Origin: an uncultured Oscillochloris sp.
GTDB lineage: Bacteria > Chloroflexota > Chloroflexia > Chloroflexales > Chloroflexaceae
Assembly (NCBI GenBank): GCA_903877345.1
Contig: CAIRDL010000120.1
Location: forward strand, 1-38,612
Length of the DNA stretch: 38,612 bases
Reading direction: 5' to 3'
Positions 8,784 to 17,577 of this stretch are shown one piece after another. The translations under genes were made by a program, and so were the position numbers. The notes beneath the pieces were generated by a model, which had not been told where the DNA came from, searched no databases, and saw only the letters and a list, made by a program, of their open reading frames with translations. The number at the start of each line of letters is the position of its first letter. The first letter of the stretch is position 1.

Positions 8784-9836
8784 ATGCACAGCGAACGACA
8801 ACGCATCTATTCGCGGGCACTGTTGGGGGTGTTTGCCGGGGGACTGGCGCTCGTGTTGAGCCTCTGGTCTTGGCGTACCTTTGCGGCGGCGAGCCTGTCG
8901 GCATCGCCCGCCAACCCGCGCCAGAACGACACGGTCAGCTTGGTCGGCACCGGCTTCGCCTCTGGCGAGACCGTCTCGGTCTGGATTACCTATCCCGACT
9001 TTACCGTATTTGGCGTGGCCGAGGTGGTGACCGGCAATGACGGCAGCTTCAGCTATCCGTACCTGCCCGATTTCTTGGGGGCTACCTACACCCCAACTGG
9101 CAAGTACACCTATACCGCCTTCGGCCAGAGCAGTGGCCGCGAAGTCTACGCGACGATCAACGTTGACATCGGCAGGGCAGCAGGCCCCTCGCCGAACGTG
9201 CAACTGACGGCTGAGCCACGCCGCGACACGCAGGGCAGCACCTATTTCTTCAGCGGTCGTGGCTACAGCACCAACGAAGAGGTGGCGATCTGGTTGCGCT
9301 ACCCCGATAACCACGTCGAGGATCTGGGGCGCATCCAGTCTAGTGCCGTTGGCGTGATCGGCTACGAACTCTATGTCGGCGGCGTGCCCGTCGGCCATTA
9401 CGCCTTTACCGCCCAGGGCCTCCGCACCGGCACCAATGGCATCGTCGAGTTTGATGTGCGGATTGATGATCTGACCCAGGCCAGCGGCACGGCCTACCTC
9501 CAAGTTACCGCCAGCCCCGACAACCAACGCAGCTACGCGACCTTCAAAGGCACCAGCTACAAGCCCGGTGAACTAGTCACGATCTGGGCCACCCTGCCCG
9601 ACTATTCGACCCTCTGGGTTGGCGACATCACGGCTGACAAAAATGGCATGTTCAGTGCCGTGCTGTATCTGAGCGAACAAGAGCCCGTGGGCAAGCGGAC
9701 GTACACGGCCTACGGCAACACCAGTGGTCGGCGGGCCATTGCTGACTACACGCTGACCCCTGGCGGTGGCCCTGGCGCTCTCGAATACGTTGATCCAATC
9801 CCGACGGGGCGCTGCGAGGGCAGTGGCTGCTTCTAA
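8784..9836 (+). CDS. Secreted protein with three tandem Ig-like beta-rich repeats
   Basis: Signal peptide. Three copies of GxxF/YxxxExVxxWxxxPD about 105-110 aa apart. GGGAG RBS. Confidence 0.8.
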   Translation: MHSERQRIYSRALLGVFAGGLALVLSLWSWRTFAAASLSASPANPRQNDTVSLVGTGFASGETVSVWITYPDFTVFGVAEVVTGNDGSFSYPYLPDFLGATYTPTGKYTYTAFGQSSGREVYATINVDIGRAAGPSPNVQLTAEPRRDTQGSTYFFSGRGYSTNEEVAIWLRYPDNHVEDLGRIQSSAVGVIGYELYVGGVPVGHYAFTAQGLRTGTNGIVEFDVRIDDLTQASGTAYLQVTASPDNQRSYATFKGTSYKPGELVTIWATLPDYSTLWVGDITADKNGMFSAVLYLSEQEPVGKRTYTAYGNTSGRRAIADYTLTPGGGPGALEYVDPIPTGRCEGSGCF

Positions 9837-9964
9837 GGGTGCATAAAGTTTACGGAAATAGCACTGACCCACGATTGACCCCCTCGCCTATGCTGTGTGG
9901 CACAAGCGAGGGGGTCTTTTGCGGGCACCGGCGGGGAATGGGTACGACTGGTTTGAAACGTTCC

Positions 9965-12292
9965 CTATGTCCACGCCAGCACGAGCACGTTCAGTGCGCC
10001 GAAGCCCAACCGCCCACCCTGAAAGACGATGTCGTGCAGTTCGTCGTAGAGGCGGCGCGGCAACGGTTCGCTGTGGGCTGCGGTGTTGCGGATTTGGGTG
10101 ATGCGGGTAAGCGTGTGGTCAATCAGGGCGTCGAAGCTGATGACGCGCTCCGGGTCGTTCGGATTGGGCCGGTTGTTCCAGTGCGCGGCGACGTAGGTGT
10201 TGATGCGCGTCCAGTTCCCAGTAGTGTCATCCGTGCGCTTCAGGTAGGGGAGCCTGCCCAGAGTCTGCTTTTTGGGGTTGGTTACCTCGCCTTCCAGACC
10301 AGGACAGGCGAAGATGCGCCGCTTGATCACGATTTCAATAACGCTTGACAGGTGGATCGCCGGCGCGGAGTAGTCGGTCGCACGTACCTTGAAGAGTTGG
10401 TCGGTGAGAAAGATTGCCAGCGCCAGCGATTCCTGCTCCGTTGCGCTGAGTAGATCGAAGGTCGTACGCATCCCCAGCCCACGAACGCGCTCGTGGTAGA
10501 ACGCCAGATCTACGTGCGCCAGATCGGCGAAGCGCCGGGTCAGGTGCTGCACCCGTTCGGCGATAGCGCTCACCCGTTCCTCGCTCGGATCGTCTGCGGT
10601 GCCTTCGCCCAGGATGTGCTCCAGTTCCCGCAGCAGGCTCTCAATGTCACGCGGCGGACGAATGGGCGTGCGCGCCTCAGCCTGCCCGACAATGTGGCAG
10701 AGCCGTTCGTCCTGGCAGCAATGCATGGCGCGGCTCACCAAATCTACCCGCCACGGGCCAAGGTGAGGCTTCGGACAGACCAGGAGGTCGTCAGGACGCC
10801 CGTGAAGCGGCGTCCCCCAACGGTCGCTCAGCGCGCCCTGTTCGGTGACACTCACGCTATCAAGGAAGACCCCCTGACATACCGGCACGACCGGCTCGCG
10901 CAGGTCGGCGTGGGCGTGATCGAGCAACTGCACCAGGGCGCGCTGGATCTCCGCGCTGGGCAGATCGGGGCCGAGGGCGATCACGTCAACGCGCAGCCGT
11001 GGGTCGAGGCTCGGTGCGGCCGCACGCGCTGGTTGGAGGCGTTGTACCAGCGCGGGTACACCATCAGGGAGCGCCGCGTCGTCGCTCTCATCAGCCCGCA
11101 GAAACGCGAACAGCAAGCTGCCCCGTGTCTCTCCGGTTAAGGCTAGGTCGGCCAGCATGCGCTTGACCGGCCCGCTTGGCGCGTGGTTCCGGTCGCGCTC
11201 ACGATAGTATTTGGCATCCCAAATCACGCCGGGTTCGCGCCAGATCATCTGGTTGCTTGCATACACCTCGGTCATGGGTGGATCGCAGCGGCGCAGGTGG
11301 TAGTCTGGCCGTACCCCTGGCACCCGTGCATCCGCTGGCTCCGAACGCCAGACCGTGGGCTGTTCACGAATGCCTTGGTCATGACGGAGTTCGTAGTGGC
11401 GCATGGTGTCGCCCTCGCCCCAACGAAAGCGCAGCACCGCAGGCAGGTGGGTTCCCGTGTCGAGCAACCCGCGTCGGATGAGCAGATCCGCCACCTCGAA
11501 GAGGATCCAGAGTTGGTAGAGGCGATTATCCCGCCGTGGGTCGGCACCGAGCAGATCGGCGGGAGCGTCGGCAGGACGCCGCCGCAGCAGGTCGAGCGCA
11601 CGGTAGCGCCGCCGCCAAGCCAGCAGATCGTCGTAGGCGCTACTGCCGCCAGGTTGACCGCCAGCGGCGACGCGGGCCTCCAGTGCTTCGACTCCGCCAT
11701 GCGCGCCGTCGAGATACGCCTGGGCTGCGGTGCGGATGCCCGCAAATTGGGGGAAGGCCAACGCTCGTTCGCACCGCTCAACAATCACGGTGAGCGGGTG
11801 GCGCAGGCTTTCGGCTCCCAGCGCCACCGTGTCGCTCAGCAGGAGCCGCCGCACCGCGCTGCCATATTCCAACAGCGTTGCGACCGTCAGCAGGTTCGTA
11901 GGCGTGGCAAAGGTGCGGAGCCGTTGGCGGGCATGGACGGTCAGGGGCGGCTCGCCGGGACGCTCGTGCCAACTCGCCTCCAGGGTACGCTCCCAATCTA
12001 TGCGGCCACGCCCCGGTGGCTCTTCGACCACCAAGTGATGCGGCGAGACAAAGCTGAGCCGCCGCACGATGCGCGGCAGGATTTCCTCGAAGAGCGCGGT
12101 GCGAAGAAAGAAGAGCACGGCAAGATCGCGGTACACCTGGAGCGCCGCCGTGGTTTCCTCGCGCATGAAGTTCTGGTGGTCGGTGAAAAATTTGCGGTAT
12201 TCCTCCTCGCTGAAGCGCAGCAGCAAGGCGACCATGCGGGCCTGCATCTGACCGTAGGCCCGCTGCTCAGTTGGGGTAGGTTGGGCGGCCAT
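9965..12292 (-). CDS. McrC-like PD-(D/E)xK nuclease fused to a Cys-rich segment and a C-terminal HEPN-like domain
   Basis: 775 aa. RGRIDWERT and F.TPTN.L (McrC-type N-domain), LYQLW, then VRPDY...IWDAKYY (PD-DxK), then IRNTAAH (RxxxxH) near the C-terminus. Starts 1 bp after the McrB-like stop. Confidence 0.72.
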   Translation of the reverse strand: MAAQPTPTEQRAYGQMQARMVALLLRFSEEEYRKFFTDHQNFMREETTAALQVYRDLAVLFFLRTALFEEILPRIVRRLSFVSPHHLVVEEPPGRGRIDWERTLEASWHERPGEPPLTVHARQRLRTFATPTNLLTVATLLEYGSAVRRLLLSDTVALGAESLRHPLTVIVERCERALAFPQFAGIRTAAQAYLDGAHGGVEALEARVAAGGQPGGSSAYDDLLAWRRRYRALDLLRRRPADAPADLLGADPRRDNRLYQLWILFEVADLLIRRGLLDTGTHLPAVLRFRWGEGDTMRHYELRHDQGIREQPTVWRSEPADARVPGVRPDYHLRRCDPPMTEVYASNQMIWREPGVIWDAKYYRERDRNHAPSGPVKRMLADLALTGETRGSLLFAFLRADESDDAALPDGVPALVQRLQPARAAAPSLDPRLRVDVIALGPDLPSAEIQRALVQLLDHAHADLREPVVPVCQGVFLDSVSVTEQGALSDRWGTPLHGRPDDLLVCPKPHLGPWRVDLVSRAMHCCQDERLCHIVGQAEARTPIRPPRDIESLLRELEHILGEGTADDPSEERVSAIAERVQHLTRRFADLAHVDLAFYHERVRGLGMRTTFDLLSATEQESLALAIFLTDQLFKVRATDYSAPAIHLSSVIEIVIKRRIFACPGLEGEVTNPKKQTLGRLPYLKRTDDTTGNWTRINTYVAAHWNNRPNPNDPERVISFDALIDHTLTRITQIRNTAAHSEPLPRRLYDELHDIVFQGGRLGFGALNVLVLAWT

Positions 12293-12293
12293 T

Positions 12294-14390
12294 CTACAGC
12301 CCTTGCTCGCTCACAAAGGCGCTCAGCCGCCGCGCAAACAGCCCATCCGGCGTGATGCCGAGCGGCGCAGGCGGGCCAAAGATCGCCCGCACCTGTAGCT
12401 CCGTCAGCGCCTCGGGGCGATGGGGGTCTACGCTGGATTCGATCAGGCGCAACTGGAGCAGGTGGGCGCTCTGGCGTGGCCCCGAGAGACTGCTGAGGAT
12501 GGTGCTGATGCTGTCGCGGAGCGCCGCGCTATCTTCGGGGTGAGCAATCAGGGCGAGGAGCACGCGCAGTTCGTCACGGGCAAGCACTTGGAGTTGATCC
12601 GCCAAGGTGTCGGCAAGGGCGGCATCGAGGGCGCGTTCCCACGCCATGCCGACCGCTCGACCAGCAAGGAAGTCGCGGTAGCCCGCCTCCGCCTGGGCGG
12701 TGCCAAGCTGTCGGTAGATCCGCACCGCCGCGAAGACGCGCCAGAACTGGTCGCTGGCCGTGCGCGCCGCCGGATCAGCGTCAGCGCCGATGGCGTAGCG
12801 TACCAGGGTGTCATGCTCGGCAGGGTCGGCCCGGCGCACACTGAGCGTCTGTGCCCAGGTGGCGTAGCCGAGGTCAATATCGGCGCTAAACCCCGTCAGG
12901 CCATGCTCCGCCAAGCGACTGAGCGCACCAAACAGCGCGAGCGCCTGTTCCTCAGCGGCGCGCTCACGACCGGGCGGCAGCACATCAATGAAGGTGAAAC
13001 GGCGCTTCAGCGCTTCGCTGATCTGATTGAGGAAGTGCCGGTCAAAGCTGTTGAGTGTCCCAATCAGCCGGAAGTCGTGCGGCAGGCGCACGGTGCGCTC
13101 GCCTTCGTCACTGGGAAAGGTGAGCGTCGGCTGCCGTTGGCCGCCAAGGGTGGTCAGCAACCCGCCGAAGGCGGCATCAACCTGGGCGCGGGTGAACTCG
13201 TCAATCACCAGCCAAAGACCGTGATAGCGGTTCTCCTCACCGTCGGTGGGTTCGCGGCGGGGCAATGCGCTCAGATCGGTCGCGCCGTCGCTATCAAACT
13301 GGTAATTTGCCAACACCGCCCGCGTAAGGCAGCCATACTCCACCCGGTAAACCAGCGTGCTTCCCCGCTCATCGCGCTGGATCTTCGGGGCAATCCCGCC
13401 AATCACATGGCGCACGCCCCAATCCTCGGTAGCCGTGACGACGTCAACTAGATAGCCCTCACGACGCAGGGGTTCCTCCAAGGGAGCCTCGGTCGGCGCG
13501 AGCGTCGGGTCATTCGGCAGCGTCAGCCGCAGCGTGTCCTGATCGTCACGCCAGAGAATGCGCGGGAGGATGCGGGCCAAGTGGGTTTTGCCGGTGCCGG
13601 GCGGGCCGCTGAGAATGACGTGGTGCCCGGCGATCAGGGAGCGGTAGATCCGCAGGATGGTCTCGCGGTCAAGCAGCAACTCGCGCTGAATTTCGGCAAT
13701 CCGTTCCTCCAGCACCGCCGACGGTAGGATGCGCAACGCGGCGTCGGTCAGGGCTGGCAGATCGTGCGGCCCGCTCCGCACCCGATGCAGATGCGCCAGA
13801 AACGTGTTGATCGCGTGCGCCGTCGTGCGGCGGTCGTCAAGCGGTGCAAGTGCCTGTGGGAGCGCTTGCCAAGTGCCATCGGCATTCCGTTGCGCCAGCC
13901 CGGCCTCTGCATACCAAGCGAGCAGTGGCTCGCCCAACGGCCAAGCCTCGGCTGCGTGGGGCAGCCCATCGAAGGGTGCCTCCAGAGCGGGCAAACGGTA
14001 CTCGTCTTCGTCGTTGCTTGGCACCAGCAGCGTCAGCGCACAATAGCGGAGCAACAAATCAAGGCTGGCATCACCGAGATGCGCCCAGCGCCGATAGCAC
14101 CCGTCGTCAAGCGGCTCCAACAGACGGAGGCACAGCAGATCATCCACCAGTTGGGCCGCGTCGAACGGCGCAGCGAGTGGCGCAATGGGCGGCATCACCG
14201 TCCCCAGCACATCGCGGATCGCAGCGGGCGTGTAGCGCTCACCGCTGAGATGGGTGGCTAGTTGCACGTAGGGTCGCAGCGCAACGCCGAGGGTGCGGGG
14301 CAGGGCGGTTGGCAGGGCGTTATCAATGAAGCGCTGCGCGGCGGCGTAGACGCGAACGGCGGCAGGGGTGGTGAGACGGGGCATTGGCAT
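12294..14390 (-). CDS. McrB-family AAA+ GTPase with an unrecognised ~220-aa N-terminal domain
   Basis: 698 aa. Walker A ILSGPPGTGKT, Walker B LVIDEFTRA, McrB NxxD signature IGTLNSFDR and arginine finger ALKRRFTF. Confidence 0.85.
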   Translation of the reverse strand: MPMPRLTTPAAVRVYAAAQRFIDNALPTALPRTLGVALRPYVQLATHLSGERYTPAAIRDVLGTVMPPIAPLAAPFDAAQLVDDLLCLRLLEPLDDGCYRRWAHLGDASLDLLLRYCALTLLVPSNDEDEYRLPALEAPFDGLPHAAEAWPLGEPLLAWYAEAGLAQRNADGTWQALPQALAPLDDRRTTAHAINTFLAHLHRVRSGPHDLPALTDAALRILPSAVLEERIAEIQRELLLDRETILRIYRSLIAGHHVILSGPPGTGKTHLARILPRILWRDDQDTLRLTLPNDPTLAPTEAPLEEPLRREGYLVDVVTATEDWGVRHVIGGIAPKIQRDERGSTLVYRVEYGCLTRAVLANYQFDSDGATDLSALPRREPTDGEENRYHGLWLVIDEFTRAQVDAAFGGLLTTLGGQRQPTLTFPSDEGERTVRLPHDFRLIGTLNSFDRHFLNQISEALKRRFTFIDVLPPGRERAAEEQALALFGALSRLAEHGLTGFSADIDLGYATWAQTLSVRRADPAEHDTLVRYAIGADADPAARTASDQFWRVFAAVRIYRQLGTAQAEAGYRDFLAGRAVGMAWERALDAALADTLADQLQVLARDELRVLLALIAHPEDSAALRDSISTILSSLSGPRQSAHLLQLRLIESSVDPHRPEALTELQVRAIFGPPAPLGITPDGLFARRLSAFVSEQGL

Positions 14391-14506
14391 TCCTCGACTG
14401 GAGCGTAAAGAAGCAAAGAGGGCATTGGCAGTAGCGCAAACCTCACCTGGTCACGCCGAGCGTCCCGGCGGGCAGGATAGATTGCAGTCTCGTCGTCGTA
14501 CGGGCC

Positions 14507-17500
14507 TCAGTTTTCCGCGTCGGTGGGCGTCAATAACTGGCTCAACAGGGCCAACAAATCGCGTAGACGCACCGGCTTGCTAAGATACGCCGTCGCTCCG
14601 GCCTCCAGGCAGCGCGTCCGATCCTCCGGCATCGCCAGGGCCGTGAGGGCTAGGATCGGCACCGTGGCGCCTGTAGGTAGCGCCCGGATACGCCGGATCG
14701 CTTCGAGGCCATCCATGTTCGGCATCTGGATGTCCATCATAATCACGCTGGGCCGCAGCGTCGCGAGCGTGGCTAACGCGCTGGCGGCATCCGGCGCCTC
14801 ATGCACCGTGAAGCGATGGGCCTGAAGGTAGTGCGCAAGCACCTTCCGCCCCACGGCGTCATCGTCAACGAGGAGCAGTGGAGCCACCGGGACGACCAGC
14901 GCCGTCGGCACGGCCACCGGCGTCGGCGGCGCGGTGATCCGCCGTGGGTTGGGAGGTACCGCCTCGGTTGGCTGGTGCCACGGCAACGTCACCGTGAAGT
15001 GACTGCCCTGGCCGGGGGTGCTCAACACGGTGATTTGACCGCCATGCAGTTCGGTCAAGCGCCGCACCAGAGCCAGCCCCAAGCCCGTTCCCGGTTGGCT
15101 GCGTGATAACCGCGAGTCGAGTTGCACGAAGGGTCGGAACAGCTTGGGTAGATCCAGCGCCTCAATCCCAATCCCGGTATCAGCGACCAGAAAGTGGATC
15201 ACCTGCGCCTCAGCGTCACCAGTCACCGTCAGGCTTACCCGGCCCCGTTCGGGGGTGAACTTCACGGCGTTGGCAAGCAGATTTACAAGGATTTGGGTGA
15301 AGCGGCGCTCGTCGGCGAGCAGTGTCGTCACCGTTGCGTCCAGCGACAGCGTTGTCCAGATTTGCTTAGCCACCGCCTGTGGCCGCACCAAATCCAGGCT
15401 CTGTTGACAGACTTGGGCCACATCAAGCGCCGTCAGTGCCAACACCTCTTGCTCAGCCTCGATTTTCGAGAGGTCGAGAATGTCGCTGATCAGCGCCAAA
15501 AGATGCATACCGCTTTGCTCAACTTGCTTCAGCGCCGCATCTTGCTGCGAGTTGAGCGCGCCAAGGACGGTGGTTTGGAGCAACTCGACATTCCCCAAGA
15601 TAGCGTTGAGCGGCGTACGCAGTTCGTGGCTCATCGCAGCCAAGAAGGCGGACTTGGCCTGATCCGCCACCTCGGCGACCTCCTTCGCCCGCAGCAACTC
15701 TTGGGCGGCCAACCAGCGCTCGGTACTATCGTGAATGACCACCATCCCTGCGATCACCGCGCCGTCGCCCGCCCGCACCGGCAGCACCTGCGCGTCATAG
15801 CGCCGCGCTTGCACGACCGTCTCAAAGGCACCAGTTTCGCCCGCAAGGGCCGCGTTGCAGTACGGTTCGAGCAGCGCCACCATTTCCGGGAACAGCCCCG
15901 ACGTGCGGATCGTCTGGGCCGTCAGATCTCCAGGTTGCTGCCGAAGTTGCCCGAGCGCCTGCCCGCCAGCGACGAGGCAGCGCAACTCGCGATCAAAGAG
16001 TACGACCGCACCATTGGGAAACTGCTCAACCAAGGTGCGATAGCGCGCTTCGCTGGCCCGCAAGGCTTCCTCCATCCGCGTGCGTTCGCTGACGTCACGC
16101 AGAAACGCCTGGAGCACATGGGCACCGTCGCGGGCGACCCGGCGGGAACTTACATTGACCACCACCGTCGAGCCGTCTGGGCGGGGGATCATGACATCAA
16201 ACATGAGTGCGCCCGCAGCGACGATCTGCGCGTTCCGCGCCCCAAGTTCTGCGGGCATTTCACCCGTGAGCGTGGTGATGTTCATCCCGACCAAAGTTTC
16301 CTGCGTGCGTTTGAAGATCGCACATGCCTGCGGATTCACATCAAGGACAATGCCGTCAAGGCTCGAAATGACCAGCCCGTCGTTGCAGTGTTCGACAATC
16401 GAGCGGTAGCGGGCCTCGCTGGCGTGAACCGCCTGGGTCAGCCGGTGCCGCTCTGTCACATCGCGCACGATAATCAGCGCCTCGTCAGGGGCGCTGCGGG
16501 TCAGGCGACCCTCATGGACATACACCTGTCCACGCACCTCGAAACTCTGCTCGACCGTCACTACGCCACCCTCCTGTAGCACGGTGGGCATGGCGGTCTC
16601 AACCGCTTGGGCCGTTCCCGCGTCAATCCATTGGGTCAGCGGGGTTCCATTCACATGCACGGGCGCTGCGGGCAACTGGGCTGGATTGGGGTGGTGCAGA
16701 CCCCGAATCAGCCCGTCGGCACCGAGCCGAAAGAGCATGTCGGGCATAGCACTGACCAGCGCCCGATTGGTTTCAACACTGCGCTGCCAATATTCTAGCT
16801 GCCGCGTGTGTGTGATGGCTAAGGCAAGAACCGCTGCGAAATCTTGGGCGATTTGAATAGCCTTTCCACCTAAAAGGCTCGAACGGTCACTCAGGATGAC
16901 CAACGCGCCGACCTGGTTCTCCTGTGCGCTGATCGGAAGTCTGAGCAGATACCGCCCGTCCGGCGGCGCACCGGCGGCAAGCTGCGGGTTGGTGGCGAGC
17001 TTGGCGCTGATCAGTGCCGTGGCGGGGCTGGTTGGGGCGAGGAACTGGGCGAACCACGTCTGCGTGTCTGCCGTTGCATTGGTGGCGAGAAGGCGCGGAC
17101 TGGCGTCGGGTCGCCCTTGTTCGAGGATCCAGACCTGTACCGGGCCAAGGGCTTCCAGGGTGGTGCGCAGCCCCGTTGCAGCGACCGTCGCCAAATCAGC
17201 GTTGTCCAGCGCTTGGGCAAAGAGTGCCCGCAGCGCCTGTTGACGCCGCTGCTCGACCTGATGTAATTGGCTGAGCCGGTTGACCAAACCGGCAAGGAGT
17301 ACGGCATCAAGGCCGAGCAAGCCCAAGGACGGGAAGCTGAGGGGCGCGGCGAGCAGCCGACCAGCGGCGAGACCGACAAGCCCAATGCTCAGGATGGTCG
17401 TGGGCAGTTTTGGGACGAGCGTCGCACCCACCGCCACACTGACGAGGAGGCAGACGCGCAGCACATCGCCGCTAAGCGCCGACAGGACGCTATTCGTCAC

Positions 17501-17563
17501 CAGGGCGACCGCCCAGAGGATCTGCAGTGGCGGTGCTGACCGGAGTGCGAGGAAATGCTTCAT
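14507..17563 (-). CDS. Membrane hybrid histidine kinase (TM-GAF-PAS x3-HisKA-HATPase-REC)
   Basis: Hydrophobic N-terminus. [41 protein letters not shown]; receiver VDDD..MDIQMP..KP. ATG 17563 chosen (14 bp after the upstream stop); 17617 is the alternative start. Confidence 0.9.
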   Translation of the reverse strand: MKHFLALRSAPPLQILWAVALVTNSVLSALSGDVLRVCLLVSVAVGATLVPKLPTTILSIGLVGLAAGRLLAAPLSFPSLGLLGLDAVLLAGLVNRLSQLHQVEQRRQQALRALFAQALDNADLATVAATGLRTTLEALGPVQVWILEQGRPDASPRLLATNATADTQTWFAQFLAPTSPATALISAKLATNPQLAAGAPPDGRYLLRLPISAQENQVGALVILSDRSSLLGGKAIQIAQDFAAVLALAITHTRQLEYWQRSVETNRALVSAMPDMLFRLGADGLIRGLHHPNPAQLPAAPVHVNGTPLTQWIDAGTAQAVETAMPTVLQEGGVVTVEQSFEVRGQVYVHEGRLTRSAPDEALIIVRDVTERHRLTQAVHASEARYRSIVEHCNDGLVISSLDGIVLDVNPQACAIFKRTQETLVGMNITTLTGEMPAELGARNAQIVAAGALMFDVMIPRPDGSTVVVNVSSRRVARDGAHVLQAFLRDVSERTRMEEALRASEARYRTLVEQFPNGAVVLFDRELRCLVAGGQALGQLRQQPGDLTAQTIRTSGLFPEMVALLEPYCNAALAGETGAFETVVQARRYDAQVLPVRAGDGAVIAGMVVIHDSTERWLAAQELLRAKEVAEVADQAKSAFLAAMSHELRTPLNAILGNVELLQTTVLGALNSQQDAALKQVEQSGMHLLALISDILDLSKIEAEQEVLALTALDVAQVCQQSLDLVRPQAVAKQIWTTLSLDATVTTLLADERRFTQILVNLLANAVKFTPERGRVSLTVTGDAEAQVIHFLVADTGIGIEALDLPKLFRPFVQLDSRLSRSQPGTGLGLALVRRLTELHGGQITVLSTPGQGSHFTVTLPWHQPTEAVPPNPRRITAPPTPVAVPTALVVPVAPLLLVDDDAVGRKVLAHYLQAHRFTVHEAPDAASALATLATLRPSVIMMDIQMPNMDGLEAIRRIRALPTGATVPILALTALAMPEDRTRCLEAGATAYLSKPVRLRDLLALLSQLLTPTDAEN

Positions 17564-17577
17564 CCTACCATCCAAAC

